The position numbers and the translations under genes are program-made. The notes below the pieces were generated by a model. The model saw only the letters and a list, made by a program, of their open reading frames with translations. It did no database searches and was not told the origin of the DNA. From contig JBQTHB010000002.1 in assembly GCA_052390235.1 (NCBI GenBank), positions 448,001 to 512,000 on the forward strand: a stretch of DNA of 64,000 bases, read 5' to 3'. Below are positions 51,294 through 63,620 of the stretch, in pieces. This stretch comes from Deltaproteobacteria bacterium (GTDB lineage Bacteria; Desulfobacterota_D; UBA1144; Nemesobacterales; CSP1-2). Positions within the stretch are counted from its first letter, which is position 1, and each line of letters begins with the position of its first letter.

Positions 51294-52051
51294 TTCTCGC
51301 TCCTCCCCAAATAGATGAGTTCTATTGGCAGGTACGCCCCTTTTTGCGATATTCCAACGATTCCGGCTCGAACCAACTCAAGAACCGCTAGGAACGTAAT
51401 TACGGTCTCGTATCTCGACGCCGCCCCTTCGGCGAGACTCTCAAACCGGAAGACCGCCTCCGCCCGCAGGACAGCGTCAGCCCTGAGCCTTGAGAGAATA
51501 TCGGCAATTTTCTCGTCAACCGTCATCGCCTCGCCGGTGAATTCAATAAAATCCGTCTCCGCCTCGGCGCGCCCCCGACGTAGTATCTCGTAAAACGCGT
51601 CCACGAGCGACATCAAATCCGCGGTTTGAAGGGATTGCTCCTTTTTGGCTGACGGCTCCCCTGCGGCTGCGGGATTTGCAAAAACATCCCTGCCCAATAT
51701 ATCTAATCCGAGCAATTTCAGCCCCGCGTCTCTATATCGCTTATATTCAATGAGCCGGCGCACAAGCTCAGCCCGCGGGTCTTGCTCCTCGTCCTCGGCA
51801 TCAACCCTCGGCTTCGGGAGCATCATCTTCGATTTTATCGCCCCAAGCTCCGCCGCCATGAGCATATAGTCTCCGGCGGTCTCAAGGTCAATTTCCTCGC
51901 TTAGCTCCAGGTACTCGACGTACTGCTCGGTTATCTCGGCGATGGGGATGTCATAGATATTGACCTCGCTCTTTTTGATGAGCATCAGCAGCAGGTCCAG
52001 AGGTCCCTGGAATGCGTCTAGTTTTATCCGATACGGCGCATTTGGAATCAT
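51257..52051 (-). CDS. scpA: Segregation and condensation protein ScpA
   Basis: FQGPLDLLL.LI, IYDIPIAEITEQY, DPRAELVRRLIEY, TFLAVLELVR. Confidence 0.95.
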   Translation of the reverse strand: MIPNAPYRIKLDAFQGPLDLLLMLIKKSEVNIYDIPIAEITEQYVEYLELSEEIDLETAGDYMLMAAELGAIKSKMMLPKPRVDAEDEEQDPRAELVRRLIEYKRYRDAGLKLLGLDILGRDVFANPAAAGEPSAKKEQSLQTADLMSLVDAFYEILRRGRAEAETDFIEFTGEAMTVDEKIADILSRLRADAVLRAEAVFRFESLAEGAASRYETVITFLAVLELVRAGIVGISQKGAYLPIELIYLGRSENWTTMEKSSNAQ

Positions 52052-52053
52052 GG

Positions 52054-52737
52054 CTAAAGCGCTATGAGTTCAACCGCGCGCCATAGCTGAAAATAGCTAT
52101 AGCCGGATAGCGCCTCGGTCAGAACTGAAATTGGCCCCCAGAGAATGTACGAGAAAATCCGCCCGCCGAAGATGAATAGGGCAAACAGCAGTATCATCCC
52201 GTAAGGCTCAAAGCGGCTATAGGCATAAGCCTGCTTCTCTGGGAGAAGCCCGTACAGCACGCGCGAGCCGTCTAGGGGCGGGATTGGAATCATATTGAAC
52301 ACGGCAAGGGCGATGCCGAACTGAAGGGTCAAAATTATGACAATGGTCGTTACGGACAGAAACCCTGAAACCGCCGAGCCTAACTCCACTCCGGTAAGCG
52401 ATGGGATGAGAAATCTGAGGGCAAGCCCCGCGATAATCGCCATTACGAGGTTTGAAGCGGGCCCAGCGAGAGCCACGAGGAGCATCCCTCTTCGAGGGTC
52501 TTTGAAATTTGCAGTGTTCACCGGCACGGGGCGCGCCCAGCCGAATCCCGCGATGAACATGAGCAGGGTACCCAGCGGGTCTAGGTGCGCTATTGGGTTT
52601 AGGGTCAGCCTCCCTTGGGCTTTTGCCGTGTCGTCGCCGAGGACGTCCGCCGCCCATGCGTGGCAGAATTCATGCACGGTTAGGGCAAATAAAATCACTG
52701 GGGCTTGAATGAGCAAGAGTTGAAAATTGAATTCCAT
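52054..52737 (-). CDS. Site-2 protease family (M50) membrane metalloprotease
   Basis: HEFCH, GRLTLNPIAHLDP, GWARPVP, AGPASN, FNMIPIPPLDG. Start ATG 52737. Confidence 0.92.
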   Translation of the reverse strand: MEFNFQLLLIQAPVILFALTVHEFCHAWAADVLGDDTAKAQGRLTLNPIAHLDPLGTLLMFIAGFGWARPVPVNTANFKDPRRGMLLVALAGPASNLVMAIIAGLALRFLIPSLTGVELGSAVSGFLSVTTIVIILTLQFGIALAVFNMIPIPPLDGSRVLYGLLPEKQAYAYSRFEPYGMILLFALFIFGGRIFSYILWGPISVLTEALSGYSYFQLWRAVELIAL

Positions 52738-52851
52738 GCCGTAATTATTCCTGTTCTGCCTGAGATTTCCAGAATTAAACCGTATTTCCACTCAAGCCGA
52801 GCCAAGAGCGCGCTCGCAGAGCTAGTGAAAATCACTCCCGATGGGTGTGTG

Positions 52852-53739
52852 TTATGACCGCGGGTGGTGCTTTTTATGGATTTCCTTAAGACGCTCCCGC
52901 TCGACGTGCGTGTAAATCTGAGTGGTGGAAATGTCCGAATGCCCGAGCATAAGCTGAATGGCCCTCAGGTCTGCCCCGCGCTCCAGAAGGTGGGTGGCGA
53001 AGGAGTGCCGGAGTTTATGGGGACTGATATTTTTCATGATTCCGGCCTTGAGGGCGCACTGTTTTATCTTCTGCCAGAACCGCTGGCGCGTCATCCCACT
53101 GCCTCGGCGCGTTACGAATAGGTCTGCCGAAGAGCCGGATTTGAGCAAATTAAGCCTCGCTACGTCCAAATATTGCTGTAATTTAAAGCGCGCCCTCTCC
53201 CCTACGGGAACGAGCCTCTCCTTAGCCCCTTTCCCGTGGACGATAATAAATCCAAGCTCAAAGTTTACGCTGTTGAGGTAAAGGCTCACGAGTTCGGACA
53301 CCCGAATCCCAGTGGCGTACAGAAGCTCTAGCATCGCCCCGTCCCTTATGCCCTCTGGAGTGGTCTCGTCGGGGGCGGCGAGGAGTTTCTCTACATCATC
53401 CAGAGAAATCACATCGGGCAGAGACCTCTTAGTTTTCGGCGTGCGGATGAGATGCGTCGCGTCCTTGTGGATGATTTTGTCCATGAGGAGAAATTTGAAA
53501 AACTGCTTTACCGAAACCAGCGTCCTAGCTACAGATTTTCCATCGAGCCCGCCCTCTCTAATCTCGGACAGAAAGCCGATAATGTGCGTGTATTCAACCT
53601 CCGAGGGGTGGCATAGGCCCTGCCTCTGGGCGTAGGCGATGAATTTGGCAATATCCCGCCCGTAAGCCTCTATCGTGTTCTTGGATAGCCCTTTTACTGC
53701 AACAGTATAGGATAGAAAAGCGTCGAGCATCTCGTTCAT
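52852..53739 (-). CDS. xerD: Tyrosine recombinase XerD
   Basis: GLSKNTIEAY.RD, LELLYATGIRVSEL, GKGAKER, HKLRHSFATHLL, LGHSDISTTQIYT, HHPRS end. Confidence 0.93.
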   Translation of the reverse strand: MNEMLDAFLSYTVAVKGLSKNTIEAYGRDIAKFIAYAQRQGLCHPSEVEYTHIIGFLSEIREGGLDGKSVARTLVSVKQFFKFLLMDKIIHKDATHLIRTPKTKRSLPDVISLDDVEKLLAAPDETTPEGIRDGAMLELLYATGIRVSELVSLYLNSVNFELGFIIVHGKGAKERLVPVGERARFKLQQYLDVARLNLLKSGSSADLFVTRRGSGMTRQRFWQKIKQCALKAGIMKNISPHKLRHSFATHLLERGADLRAIQLMLGHSDISTTQIYTHVERERLKEIHKKHHPRS

Positions 53740-53926
53740 GGCTAAGGGAAATTCTACCATAGTTCGGACGGCTACCCGCGCGGGATAGGCTCAGAAATCA
53801 GTTCAAATTTCAGGTTGAAGCGGGCTGGCGGAAAGAGCGCTCTAGGAGGGAAGAGTAGAGCCGCGAAACCAGAGCAATTTCGCCAAAGTCCACGGCTCGG
53901 AGTTATCTTCTCATCCTAATTTTGGG

Positions 53927-56468
<2,542 letters not shown>

Positions 56469-56538
56469 ATTTGGCTTCCTCTTGGGTTAAATTGAATTAA
56501 CTTGTAGAAATTTACAAACTATATACTCTTAGCCTTGT

Positions 56539-57903
56539 ATGTCAAGAACACTGAAACCTCCGGCTAGAGAGCGAGAATTTAGAAAATCTTCCGCCAGATA
56601 CGTCGCTTTTAAGACCCTTAACAGGGTGTTGATTGACGGAGCATATCCCGATTTGGCTCTCGATGCCGCGTTTCGCTCCTGCCCCGCGCTCTCGCCGGAG
56701 GATAAGGCTCTGGCGACGGAGCTAATTATGGGCGCGCTGAGGTGGCTTCGCAGGATTGACTTTGCGATAGTACAATTCACGGCGTCAGTCAATAAAAAAG
56801 AGGTCATGAATATACTTCGCATCGGGGCTTATCAGCTCCTATTTCTCGATAAAATCCCCGATTACGCCGCCGTGAGCGAGGCCGTGAATATCGCCAAGGG
56901 GATGTACGGCGAGCAGGTCGGGAAATTCGTAAACGCCGTGCTTCGACAGATTTCAAGGGGCAACATCCAATATCCAACTAGAGGCGGCGACCCACTCGAA
57001 TACCTGTCCATCTGCCACTCCATCCCGCGGTGGCTTGCGCAAAGGTGGGTTGATTGGCTCGGATTTGACCGCGCCGAGGCTCTAGTTGCCGCGCTGAACA
57101 ACCCCCCGCGCCTGACGCTTCGGGCAAACCGCCTTAAAATTGGAAGAGAGGAGCTCATTGAGAGGCTTGGCGCATCGGGCATAGCCTCGCTGCCGACTCA
57201 ATACTCCCCGGACGGCGTCGTGGCGCTGACGAGGCTCCATCCCGCCGCGTTAAAGGAGTTTGAAGACGGCTTATTCACGGTGCAGGACGAAGCGGCGCAG
57301 CTCCTGTCCTATTTCCTAGACCCCTCCCCCGGCCAGAGCGTGCTTGACGCCTGCTCCGCTCCCGGAGGGAAGGCGACTCACATCGCCGAGCTTATGCAGG
57401 GCAGGGGGGAGATTGTCGCCGAGGACATACACGCTCCCAGGCTCAGGCTCGTTGACGAGCTGTCCCGAAGACTCGGCATAGGCATAATAAAAACCCGGAT
57501 TGCCGGAGATGACCCTGCGGCTTGCGGGCGGCTTTTCGATAGAGTCCTGGTTGACGCCCCATGTTCGGGGTTCGGGACTCTGCGCCGAAACCCCGACGGC
57601 AAGTGGACAAAGACCGAGGCTGATGTACTTGAACTCTCCGGGCTACAGTTTAGAATCTTGTCGAGAGCCGCGCGCTCGGTTAAGATGGGCGGAGTGTTGC
57701 TGTTTGCCGTCTGCACACTTATTCCTGAGGAAAATGAGCAGGTCTGCCGGCAGTTCCTAGGGGCTTATCCCGAATTTGCGCTGGACACGGGGTGCGCCGC
57801 GCCGCTTCGCAAGTTCATCGGCGAGAGCGGCTTTTTTAGCTCAGACCCCGCCGCTCAAAACATGGACGGCTTTTTCGCCGCTAAATTCAGGAGAGTTGCT
57901 TGA
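56539..57903 (+). CDS. rsmB: 16S rRNA m5C967 methyltransferase RsmB (Sun)
   Basis: NusB-like N-domain (FVNAVLR), VQDEAAQ, DACSAPGGKA, VDAPCSGFG, VCTL..EENE. Confidence 0.93.
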   Translation: MSRTLKPPAREREFRKSSARYVAFKTLNRVLIDGAYPDLALDAAFRSCPALSPEDKALATELIMGALRWLRRIDFAIVQFTASVNKKEVMNILRIGAYQLLFLDKIPDYAAVSEAVNIAKGMYGEQVGKFVNAVLRQISRGNIQYPTRGGDPLEYLSICHSIPRWLAQRWVDWLGFDRAEALVAALNNPPRLTLRANRLKIGREELIERLGASGIASLPTQYSPDGVVALTRLHPAALKEFEDGLFTVQDEAAQLLSYFLDPSPGQSVLDACSAPGGKATHIAELMQGRGEIVAEDIHAPRLRLVDELSRRLGIGIIKTRIAGDDPAACGRLFDRVLVDAPCSGFGTLRRNPDGKWTKTEADVLELSGLQFRILSRAARSVKMGGVLLFAVCTLIPEENEQVCRQFLGAYPEFALDTGCAAPLRKFIGESGFFSSDPAAQNMDGFFAAKFRRVA

Positions 57904-58565
57904 AGAAATTAATTGTTCCATCAATACTTTCGGCGGATTTTGCGAGGCTCGGAGATGAAATACGCGCCGTTAAGGACGCCGGAGCCGATTGGATTCACGT
58001 TGACGTAATGGACGGGCATTTCGTCCCCAATATCAGCATCGGGATTCCCGTCGTCGAATCCATAGCGAAAATCAACCCTCCGCCGATGGATATTCACCTC
58101 CAGATTGAAAACGCCGACAGATTCGTTGACGCGTTCATAACGGCGGGCGCTCCTTGCGTAAAACTCATCACTGTTCAGGCTGAGGCGTGCAGACTGCTCC
58201 ACTCGACCGTCTCGCGTATTAAATCCCGCGGCGCAATGGCTGGGGTAGCCCTAAGCCCATCCGTGCCAATTTCGGCTATTGAAGAGATTCTCCCGTATAT
58301 TGACCTCGTTCTGGTTATGACCGTAGAGCCGGGGTTTCCGGGACAGAGGTTTATTAAATCCATGATACCGAAAATTAGCCGCCTGAGAGAGTGGATTGAT
58401 AAATCCGCTCATAAGCCGCTGATTGAGGTTGACGGGGGGATAAAGCTCGACAATATCCGCGCTGTGGCGGACGCCGGAGCGGATGTGATAGTCTCCGGCT
58501 CAGGTATATTTGGCGCAGACGACTATAAAAATATAATAGCCCTCATGCGGGCGGAAGCGCAATGA
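57900..58565 (+). CDS. rpe: Ribulose-phosphate 3-epimerase
   Basis: PSILSADF, HVDVMDGHFVPN, VMTVEPGF.GQ, EVDGGI. Confidence 0.97.
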   Translation: MKKLIVPSILSADFARLGDEIRAVKDAGADWIHVDVMDGHFVPNISIGIPVVESIAKINPPPMDIHLQIENADRFVDAFITAGAPCVKLITVQAEACRLLHSTVSRIKSRGAMAGVALSPSVPISAIEEILPYIDLVLVMTVEPGFPGQRFIKSMIPKISRLREWIDKSAHKPLIEVDGGIKLDNIRAVADAGADVIVSGSGIFGADDYKNIIALMRAEAQ

Positions 58566-58616
58566 GCCGAAGCCGCCGCTGCGCCTCCTCTCCTGCCGCG
58601 CGCGTTATGGTGTTTC

Positions 58617-59270
58617 ATGGCGATGAATTCATACGTTAAAGATCTGGAGGAGTATTTCCTCGCGCTCAGCGGGGCGGGGCTGATGCTCTCGCCTGAGGAC
58701 TACGACCTAATTCGGCGGTGGAAGAAGAGGGGAATCCCCAAAGAGGCGGCGCTAAAAGCCATTGACAGCGCCTTTCGCGCCTCAGAGGGTAGCTCAAAAC
58801 CGCGAAAATTGAAACACATCGCCCCGTTTATCGAAGAGCAGGCGGAAATATCAGAGATTCTCAATCGGGAGGACTTGGATAGTGATTTTTCCACCGAGCG
58901 CTACATTAATAAAATCCTCTTTGCGCTGGATAGAGTGATTCGAGAGGAAACACGCGAGGCTCTCGTCTCTCACTACGCCAAAGCGCGGGACAGGGTTTCA
59001 TCCCTTCTCGCGTCTGCCACTTCGGACGATGGCGTTTTTGATTGTCTGAGGGAGATTCAGGGGGATTTTTTCGAGGATTTTTTCAGGCTTCTGCCTCCCT
59101 CCGAGGCTGAACTAGTGGCACAGATCGCGGAGGCGCAAATATCCCGCAGAGCGAGATTCATGACCGAGAGGGCACTCGCCGAGAGTCTCATATACTTCCG
59201 AAACGAGGCGCTAAGCGAGAGATACGGGCTAAAGCCCATAGCGGCGCGAGATGACGCAGATGATGGCTAA
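58617..59270 (+). CDS. Hypothetical protein, N-terminus DnaD-like
   Basis: LSPEDYDLIRRW...GIPKEAALKAID.AF...LKHI helical pattern. Overlaps the downstream DnaC-like ATPase. Confidence 0.5.
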   Translation: MAMNSYVKDLEEYFLALSGAGLMLSPEDYDLIRRWKKRGIPKEAALKAIDSAFRASEGSSKPRKLKHIAPFIEEQAEISEILNREDLDSDFSTERYINKILFALDRVIREETREALVSHYAKARDRVSSLLASATSDDGVFDCLREIQGDFFEDFFRLLPPSEAELVAQIAEAQISRRARFMTERALAESLIYFRNEALSERYGLKPIAARDDADDG

Positions 59271-60084
59271 AAAACAGTTTCAAATTGGATGCGATAAGTG
59301 CCACGGAGACGGTTTCGCTATTGATGGAGCCGGCAGTCTGTCCATAGCCAAACTCTGCTCCTGCGCCGAGAAATGCGCCGTTTGCGGAGGGGTCGGCTCG
59401 GTATTCGCCGTGAATGAAAAGGGATATAATTACCTAAAACCCTGCCCGGTCTGCGGCGTTGTGAGGAGGAATTTAAAGCTCTATAACCTCGCGGCAATCC
59501 CATCGAGGTACTCCGATGTGCTTCAGCCCGATGCGAGATTCAAGCCCAAGAACCAGCGCCAGGAACACGCCCTCGTTTACGCCAAGGATTTCGTAAAAAA
59601 ATACCCCGCCCACCGTGGATTTCTCCTCATGGGCAGAGCGGGGCTAGGCAAAACTCATCTCGCCATAGGGGCAATATCAGAGCTAATGCTCAAGTACGGC
59701 GTGAGGTGTAGTTTTAAGGATTTTTTCTATCTACTGACCGAGCTAAAAGAGGCATATACCCAGAGTAGCTCCGAAAACGACGTGCTTCAGCCCCTGATAG
59801 ACGCCGAGGTCTTGGTGATTGATGAGCTTGGGAAGGGGAAAAACAGCGAGTGGGAACTCAATATTTTAGACCAGCTCATCTCCAAGCGCTACAACGCCTC
59901 CAAGACCACTCTCATAACCACCAATTTCGTCTCGCGGGAGGCTTCGGCAAAGCAGGGGGTTGAAGATAGAGACATTCTCGAGGTCCGGGTTGGGGAGAGA
60001 ATCTCATCGAGGCTCTGGGAGATGTGCGAATTTCTCCCGATGGAGGGCAAAGACCACAGGAGGCTATCGAAAAAAAATCTATAG
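59260..60084 (+). CDS. DnaC/DnaI/IstB-like AAA+ ATPase with Cys-rich N-terminus
   Basis: CxxC clusters, AAIPSRY, GRAGLGKTHLA, VLVIDELG, RYN..KTTLITTN, GERISSRL.EMC, GKDHR. Confidence 0.85.
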   Translation: MMAKKQFQIGCDKCHGDGFAIDGAGSLSIAKLCSCAEKCAVCGGVGSVFAVNEKGYNYLKPCPVCGVVRRNLKLYNLAAIPSRYSDVLQPDARFKPKNQRQEHALVYAKDFVKKYPAHRGFLLMGRAGLGKTHLAIGAISELMLKYGVRCSFKDFFYLLTELKEAYTQSSSENDVLQPLIDAEVLVIDELGKGKNSEWELNILDQLISKRYNASKTTLITTNFVSREASAKQGVEDRDILEVRVGERISSRLWEMCEFLPMEGKDHRRLSKKNL

Positions 60085-60167
60085 CCTCGGGGGAATACTG
60101 ATGCGAGAGATTCTCGATGCGGGACGCAGGCGATTTTAGCCCTGAGGCCTCTTGGCGCGGATAATTC

Positions 60168-61199
60168 TCAGAATTTCCAGAACCCCGAATGCGTTTTTTT
60201 GACCTTCTCGATGATTTCGTCAGCCTCAGTTCTCGCCGATAAATCCCCGTAATCGGTTTTAATTTTCTCCATCATCTCGGCAAGCGTCCACTGAACGCAC
60301 CACCAAAGCCCCTCAAGGTTATATCCGCCCTCAAGCACATAGACGATTTTCCCTCCGCAGTGCCTCTGTGCCGCCTCTTTTAAGAATCGGGTCATCTGGG
60401 CGAATCCGTCCGGTTTTACTGCCATCCCCCCGAGCGGGTCCTCAAAATATGAATCGTATCCCGCCGAGACCAATATGAATTCGGGCTTGAACTGCTCGAT
60501 GACTGGGGTGAGGATTTCCGAGAAAATTTTGATGTACTCTCTATTGCCCATACCGGCTGGCAGCGGCACGTTGATTGTAAAGCCCTTGCCATCTCCCGCG
60601 CCTATCTCGCCGTGTGCGCCAGTGCCGGGGTAGAACGGAAACTGATGCGCTGAGAAAAAAAGCACCTCCGGCGACTGCTCAAAGATGTGCTGCGTCCCGT
60701 TTCCGTGGTGCACGTCCCAATCAACGACGAGGATACGCGAAAATCCCTTAGAGCGCAGATACGCCGCCCCAACGGCGATGTTGTTGATGAGGCAGAATCC
60801 CATGGCGCGGCTCCGTTCTGCGTGGTGTCCGGGGGGGCGAACTATCGGGAAAGCCATGTCAACCTCCCCGCTAAGCACCGCCTCGATAGCGGCAAGCACC
60901 CCGCCGGCGGCGCGCACGGCGGCATCAAACGACACCGGACAGGTCGAGGTATCGGCATCTAGGAACACTCTGGGTCTGCCCCTAGTTGCCCTGAGCGATT
61001 CGTAGTAATCGGCGTCGTGAACCAGCGTAATTTCTTCTTTTGTAGCGTCGCGGGGCTGAATTCTCACAAGCTCATCAATTAATTTCGTCTCCTGTAGCAT
61101 TTCCACAATTGCCAGCGCCCTATCTGCGCATTCTGGGTGTCCTTGTCCGTTGTCGTGGTCAACGTAGAGCTTGTCTAGTACGATGCCTACTTTTTTCAT
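60168..61199 (-). CDS. Histone deacetylase family protein
   Basis: HPEC, RPPGHHA, MGFCLINN, DWDVHHGNGTQ, SAGYD..FEDPLG, LEGGY. Confidence 0.93.
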   Translation of the reverse strand: MKKVGIVLDKLYVDHDNGQGHPECADRALAIVEMLQETKLIDELVRIQPRDATKEEITLVHDADYYESLRATRGRPRVFLDADTSTCPVSFDAAVRAAGGVLAAIEAVLSGEVDMAFPIVRPPGHHAERSRAMGFCLINNIAVGAAYLRSKGFSRILVVDWDVHHGNGTQHIFEQSPEVLFFSAHQFPFYPGTGAHGEIGAGDGKGFTINVPLPAGMGNREYIKIFSEILTPVIEQFKPEFILVSAGYDSYFEDPLGGMAVKPDGFAQMTRFLKEAAQRHCGGKIVYVLEGGYNLEGLWWCVQWTLAEMMEKIKTDYGDLSARTEADEIIEKVKKTHSGFWKF

Positions 61200-61273
61200 G
61201 CTATCTCCTCGCTTAAATGGGTGGTGGGGAAATGGTGAGATTTTAGCACGGTTTCCTCCGGCGTAAAAGCGCC

Positions 61274-62527
61274 TTATCGCTCCTGAATGAACCCCTTAAC
61301 CGCGCCTATCAGATAGAGCGAGCCGCTAACGCAAACGGGCGACTTGCCCCCGATGACGTATTTTACTGCCTCCCGCCAATTTTTTATAACCCTCGTATTG
61401 CGGCAGATTCTCCGCGCTACGGCGGCGAGCCACTCGCCATCTGCCGACCTCTCGGACGGGGCTTCGGTGATGATGATCTCTTCGGCTATTGGGCTAATTT
61501 CCATTAGATATTCCTCGTGGCGTTTATCCGAGAGCATGGCGATGAGAAAGGTAAATCGCGCATTCGGATACATCAGCTCAAGGGATTTCCTGAGCGCGGC
61601 GGCGCCGGCTTCGTTGTGCGCGCCGTCGAGAACCAGGGGCGGCTCGGAGCGCAGGATTTCCATTCTACCGGCCCATCTGGTGCGCGAAAGCCCTGCCCTT
61701 AAATCCCTTTCTGAGACTGCGATTCCGTAGCGCGATTTGAGGGTTTCGAGAGCCGCTATTGCTAAAGATGCGTTTTCAATCTGGTGCGCCCCTGCAAGGC
61801 TGAATGAAGCGTTCTCTAAATTCCAAATCTCCCCTCGGTATCTGAAATTATCCGCGCCCATGCCCTCGGCTCTGAAATCAGCGCCCATCACTCTAAGCGG
61901 GGATTGGACATCCCTGGCCTTAGCTCGAATCACGCCTAGGGCATCGCCGGTTGCGGCCGTTACGGCGGGTGTGCCGGGCTTTATAATGCCGGCTTTTTCG
62001 GCGGCAATTTCCACTGCGCTCTCGCCGAGAAACTCCGTATGATCCCTCGATACGTTTGTAATCACAGACACGAGGGGAGAGGCTACATTTGTCGCGTCCC
62101 AAAGACCGCCCATGCCCACCTCAAGCACCGAAAAATCCACCCCACGCTCGGCAAAGTATAGAAACGCCGCCGCCGTTAAAACCTCGAAATAACTAGGCGC
62201 GACGCCCGCTGCCTCCGCCGCGTCCCTTATGCGCAGCACGAGGGCTGATAACTCAGCCGGAGCAATTTGGGCGGAGTTTACTTTGACTCTCTCCGTGATT
62301 TGCACTAGATGAGGGGAGGTGTAAAGCCCGACCGCAAATCCCGCCGCTTCTAGACCCGAAGCTATAGCCGCCGCCGTCGAGCCTTTGCCGTTTGTGCCGC
62401 CAATTATTAGGCAGGGGATTTGGTTATGCGGATTTCCTAGGGATTTGAGAACTGCGGATACGCGCTCAAGCCCTGGCTTCACTTTGAACCGCCCTAGGGA
62501 GTTGAGATAGCAAATAGCATCGTTCAT
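61274..62527 (-). CDS. folC: Folylpolyglutamate/dihydrofolate synthase
   Basis: GTNGKGST, YTSPHL, EVGMGG.WDATN, EKAGIIK, LDGAHN, GSLYLIG. Confidence 0.96.
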   Translation of the reverse strand: MNDAICYLNSLGRFKVKPGLERVSAVLKSLGNPHNQIPCLIIGGTNGKGSTAAAIASGLEAAGFAVGLYTSPHLVQITERVKVNSAQIAPAELSALVLRIRDAAEAAGVAPSYFEVLTAAAFLYFAERGVDFSVLEVGMGGLWDATNVASPLVSVITNVSRDHTEFLGESAVEIAAEKAGIIKPGTPAVTAATGDALGVIRAKARDVQSPLRVMGADFRAEGMGADNFRYRGEIWNLENASFSLAGAHQIENASLAIAALETLKSRYGIAVSERDLRAGLSRTRWAGRMEILRSEPPLVLDGAHNEAGAAALRKSLELMYPNARFTFLIAMLSDKRHEEYLMEISPIAEEIIITEAPSERSADGEWLAAVARRICRNTRVIKNWREAVKYVIGGKSPVCVSGSLYLIGAVKGFIQER

Positions 62528-62612
62528 GGAATTATATAAAAAGAGAAATCAAGCCCCGGCTCACTCACGCCTCAATTGCCAGTTTTAAGAGCGAATAATT
62601 CAAACACCGCCC

Positions 62613-62957
62613 CTAGCCCGGGGGCCATGCCATCTTCCGTCCGCCCATAACGTGGAGGTGAATATGCCAGACTGACTGTCCGCTCTCAATACCGCAATTG
62701 ATGACGAGCCTGAACCCTTTTTCGGCGATATTTTGGGATTTGGCTATTTGATTGGCTACATAAACCAGGTGTCCCAGAAGGGTCTTGTCGGATTCCTCAG
62801 CTTCTACGACAGTGCGGATGTGTTTTTTGGGGATGACTAAGATATGCACCGGGGCTTTGGGGCTAATGTCGCTAAAAGCAATAGAAAAGTCGTCTTCGTG
62901 GACTATATTTGCCGGAATTTTTTTATCAGCTATGGCGCAAAATATGCAATTGCTCAT
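62613..62957 (-). CDS. hinT: Histidine triad nucleotide-binding protein
   Basis: CIFC, DISPKAPVHILVIPK, GQSVWHIHLHVMGG, WPPG end. Confidence 0.95.
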   Translation of the reverse strand: MSNCIFCAIADKKIPANIVHEDDFSIAFSDISPKAPVHILVIPKKHIRTVVEAEESDKTLLGHLVYVANQIAKSQNIAEKGFRLVINCGIESGQSVWHIHLHVMGGRKMAWPPG

Positions 62958-63113
62958 CTTCCTCTCTCAAACTTACTATTGACGAGTGTTGATTATATCA
63001 TAATTTATCAAATTCACTTGACTGATTTAATCTCTAAGCTAAAGTTTATCTAGTGGTAATATTTACCGTTTACTTAATTATATGATTTAGAATTCAAAGC
63101 GAGGTTATTAAAA

Positions 63114-63605
63114 GTGATTCATAAATTAAAGCCCAAGGCTGAAACAAAGAAAACCCTAGATATATACCTCAAGCAGAAGCGCCTGAAATCCACCACGCAG
63201 AGAGACATTATTTTCGATGAGTTTTTTAACTATTCCGGACAGCATATTACAGTTGAGGAGCTTTACGATAAGCTCAAAAAAGATCACCCAGGCATAGGCT
63301 ACGCCACAGTGTATAGAACTTTGAAACTATTCACCGAGTGTGGACTTGCCTTTGAGAGGAATTTTATAAAAGATGGCAGAACACGCTACGAGCCGGTGAA
63401 ATTCGAGGGCGAGCGCCACGACCACCTCATCTGCATAGGTTGCGGCAAGATAGTCGAGTTCGAGAATTCTAGAATCGAGCATTACACCAGCGAAGTAGCT
63501 CGCCAGAACGGGTTTGGAGTCGAGCATCACAAGCTCGAGGTCTATGGCTACTGCCACTCCTGCTCAGGGGAGAAAAAAGAATACGGCAACGGCTATAAGG
63601 GTTAG
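63114..63605 (+). CDS. fur: Fur-family transcriptional regulator
   Basis: TTQRDII, HITVEELY, GYATVYRTL, HDHLIC..CG.IVEF, YGYC..C. Confidence 0.92.
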   Translation: MIHKLKPKAETKKTLDIYLKQKRLKSTTQRDIIFDEFFNYSGQHITVEELYDKLKKDHPGIGYATVYRTLKLFTECGLAFERNFIKDGRTRYEPVKFEGERHDHLICIGCGKIVEFENSRIEHYTSEVARQNGFGVEHHKLEVYGYCHSCSGEKKEYGNGYKG

Positions 63606-63620
63606 CGGCGGCAGGAGCGC

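Noticed and set aside
52852..53739. Integrase of a mobile element explaining the AT-rich helicase
   Set aside because: Sequence and context (xerD - M50 protease - scpA - scpB) match chromosomal XerD.
59260..60084. IS21 element (IstB-like ATPase)
   Set aside because: No IstA transposase and no terminal inverted repeats.
62991..63009. Fur box upstream of fur
   Set aside because: Only 11/19 match to GATAATGATAATCATTATC in a very AT-rich spacer, not distinguishable from chance.
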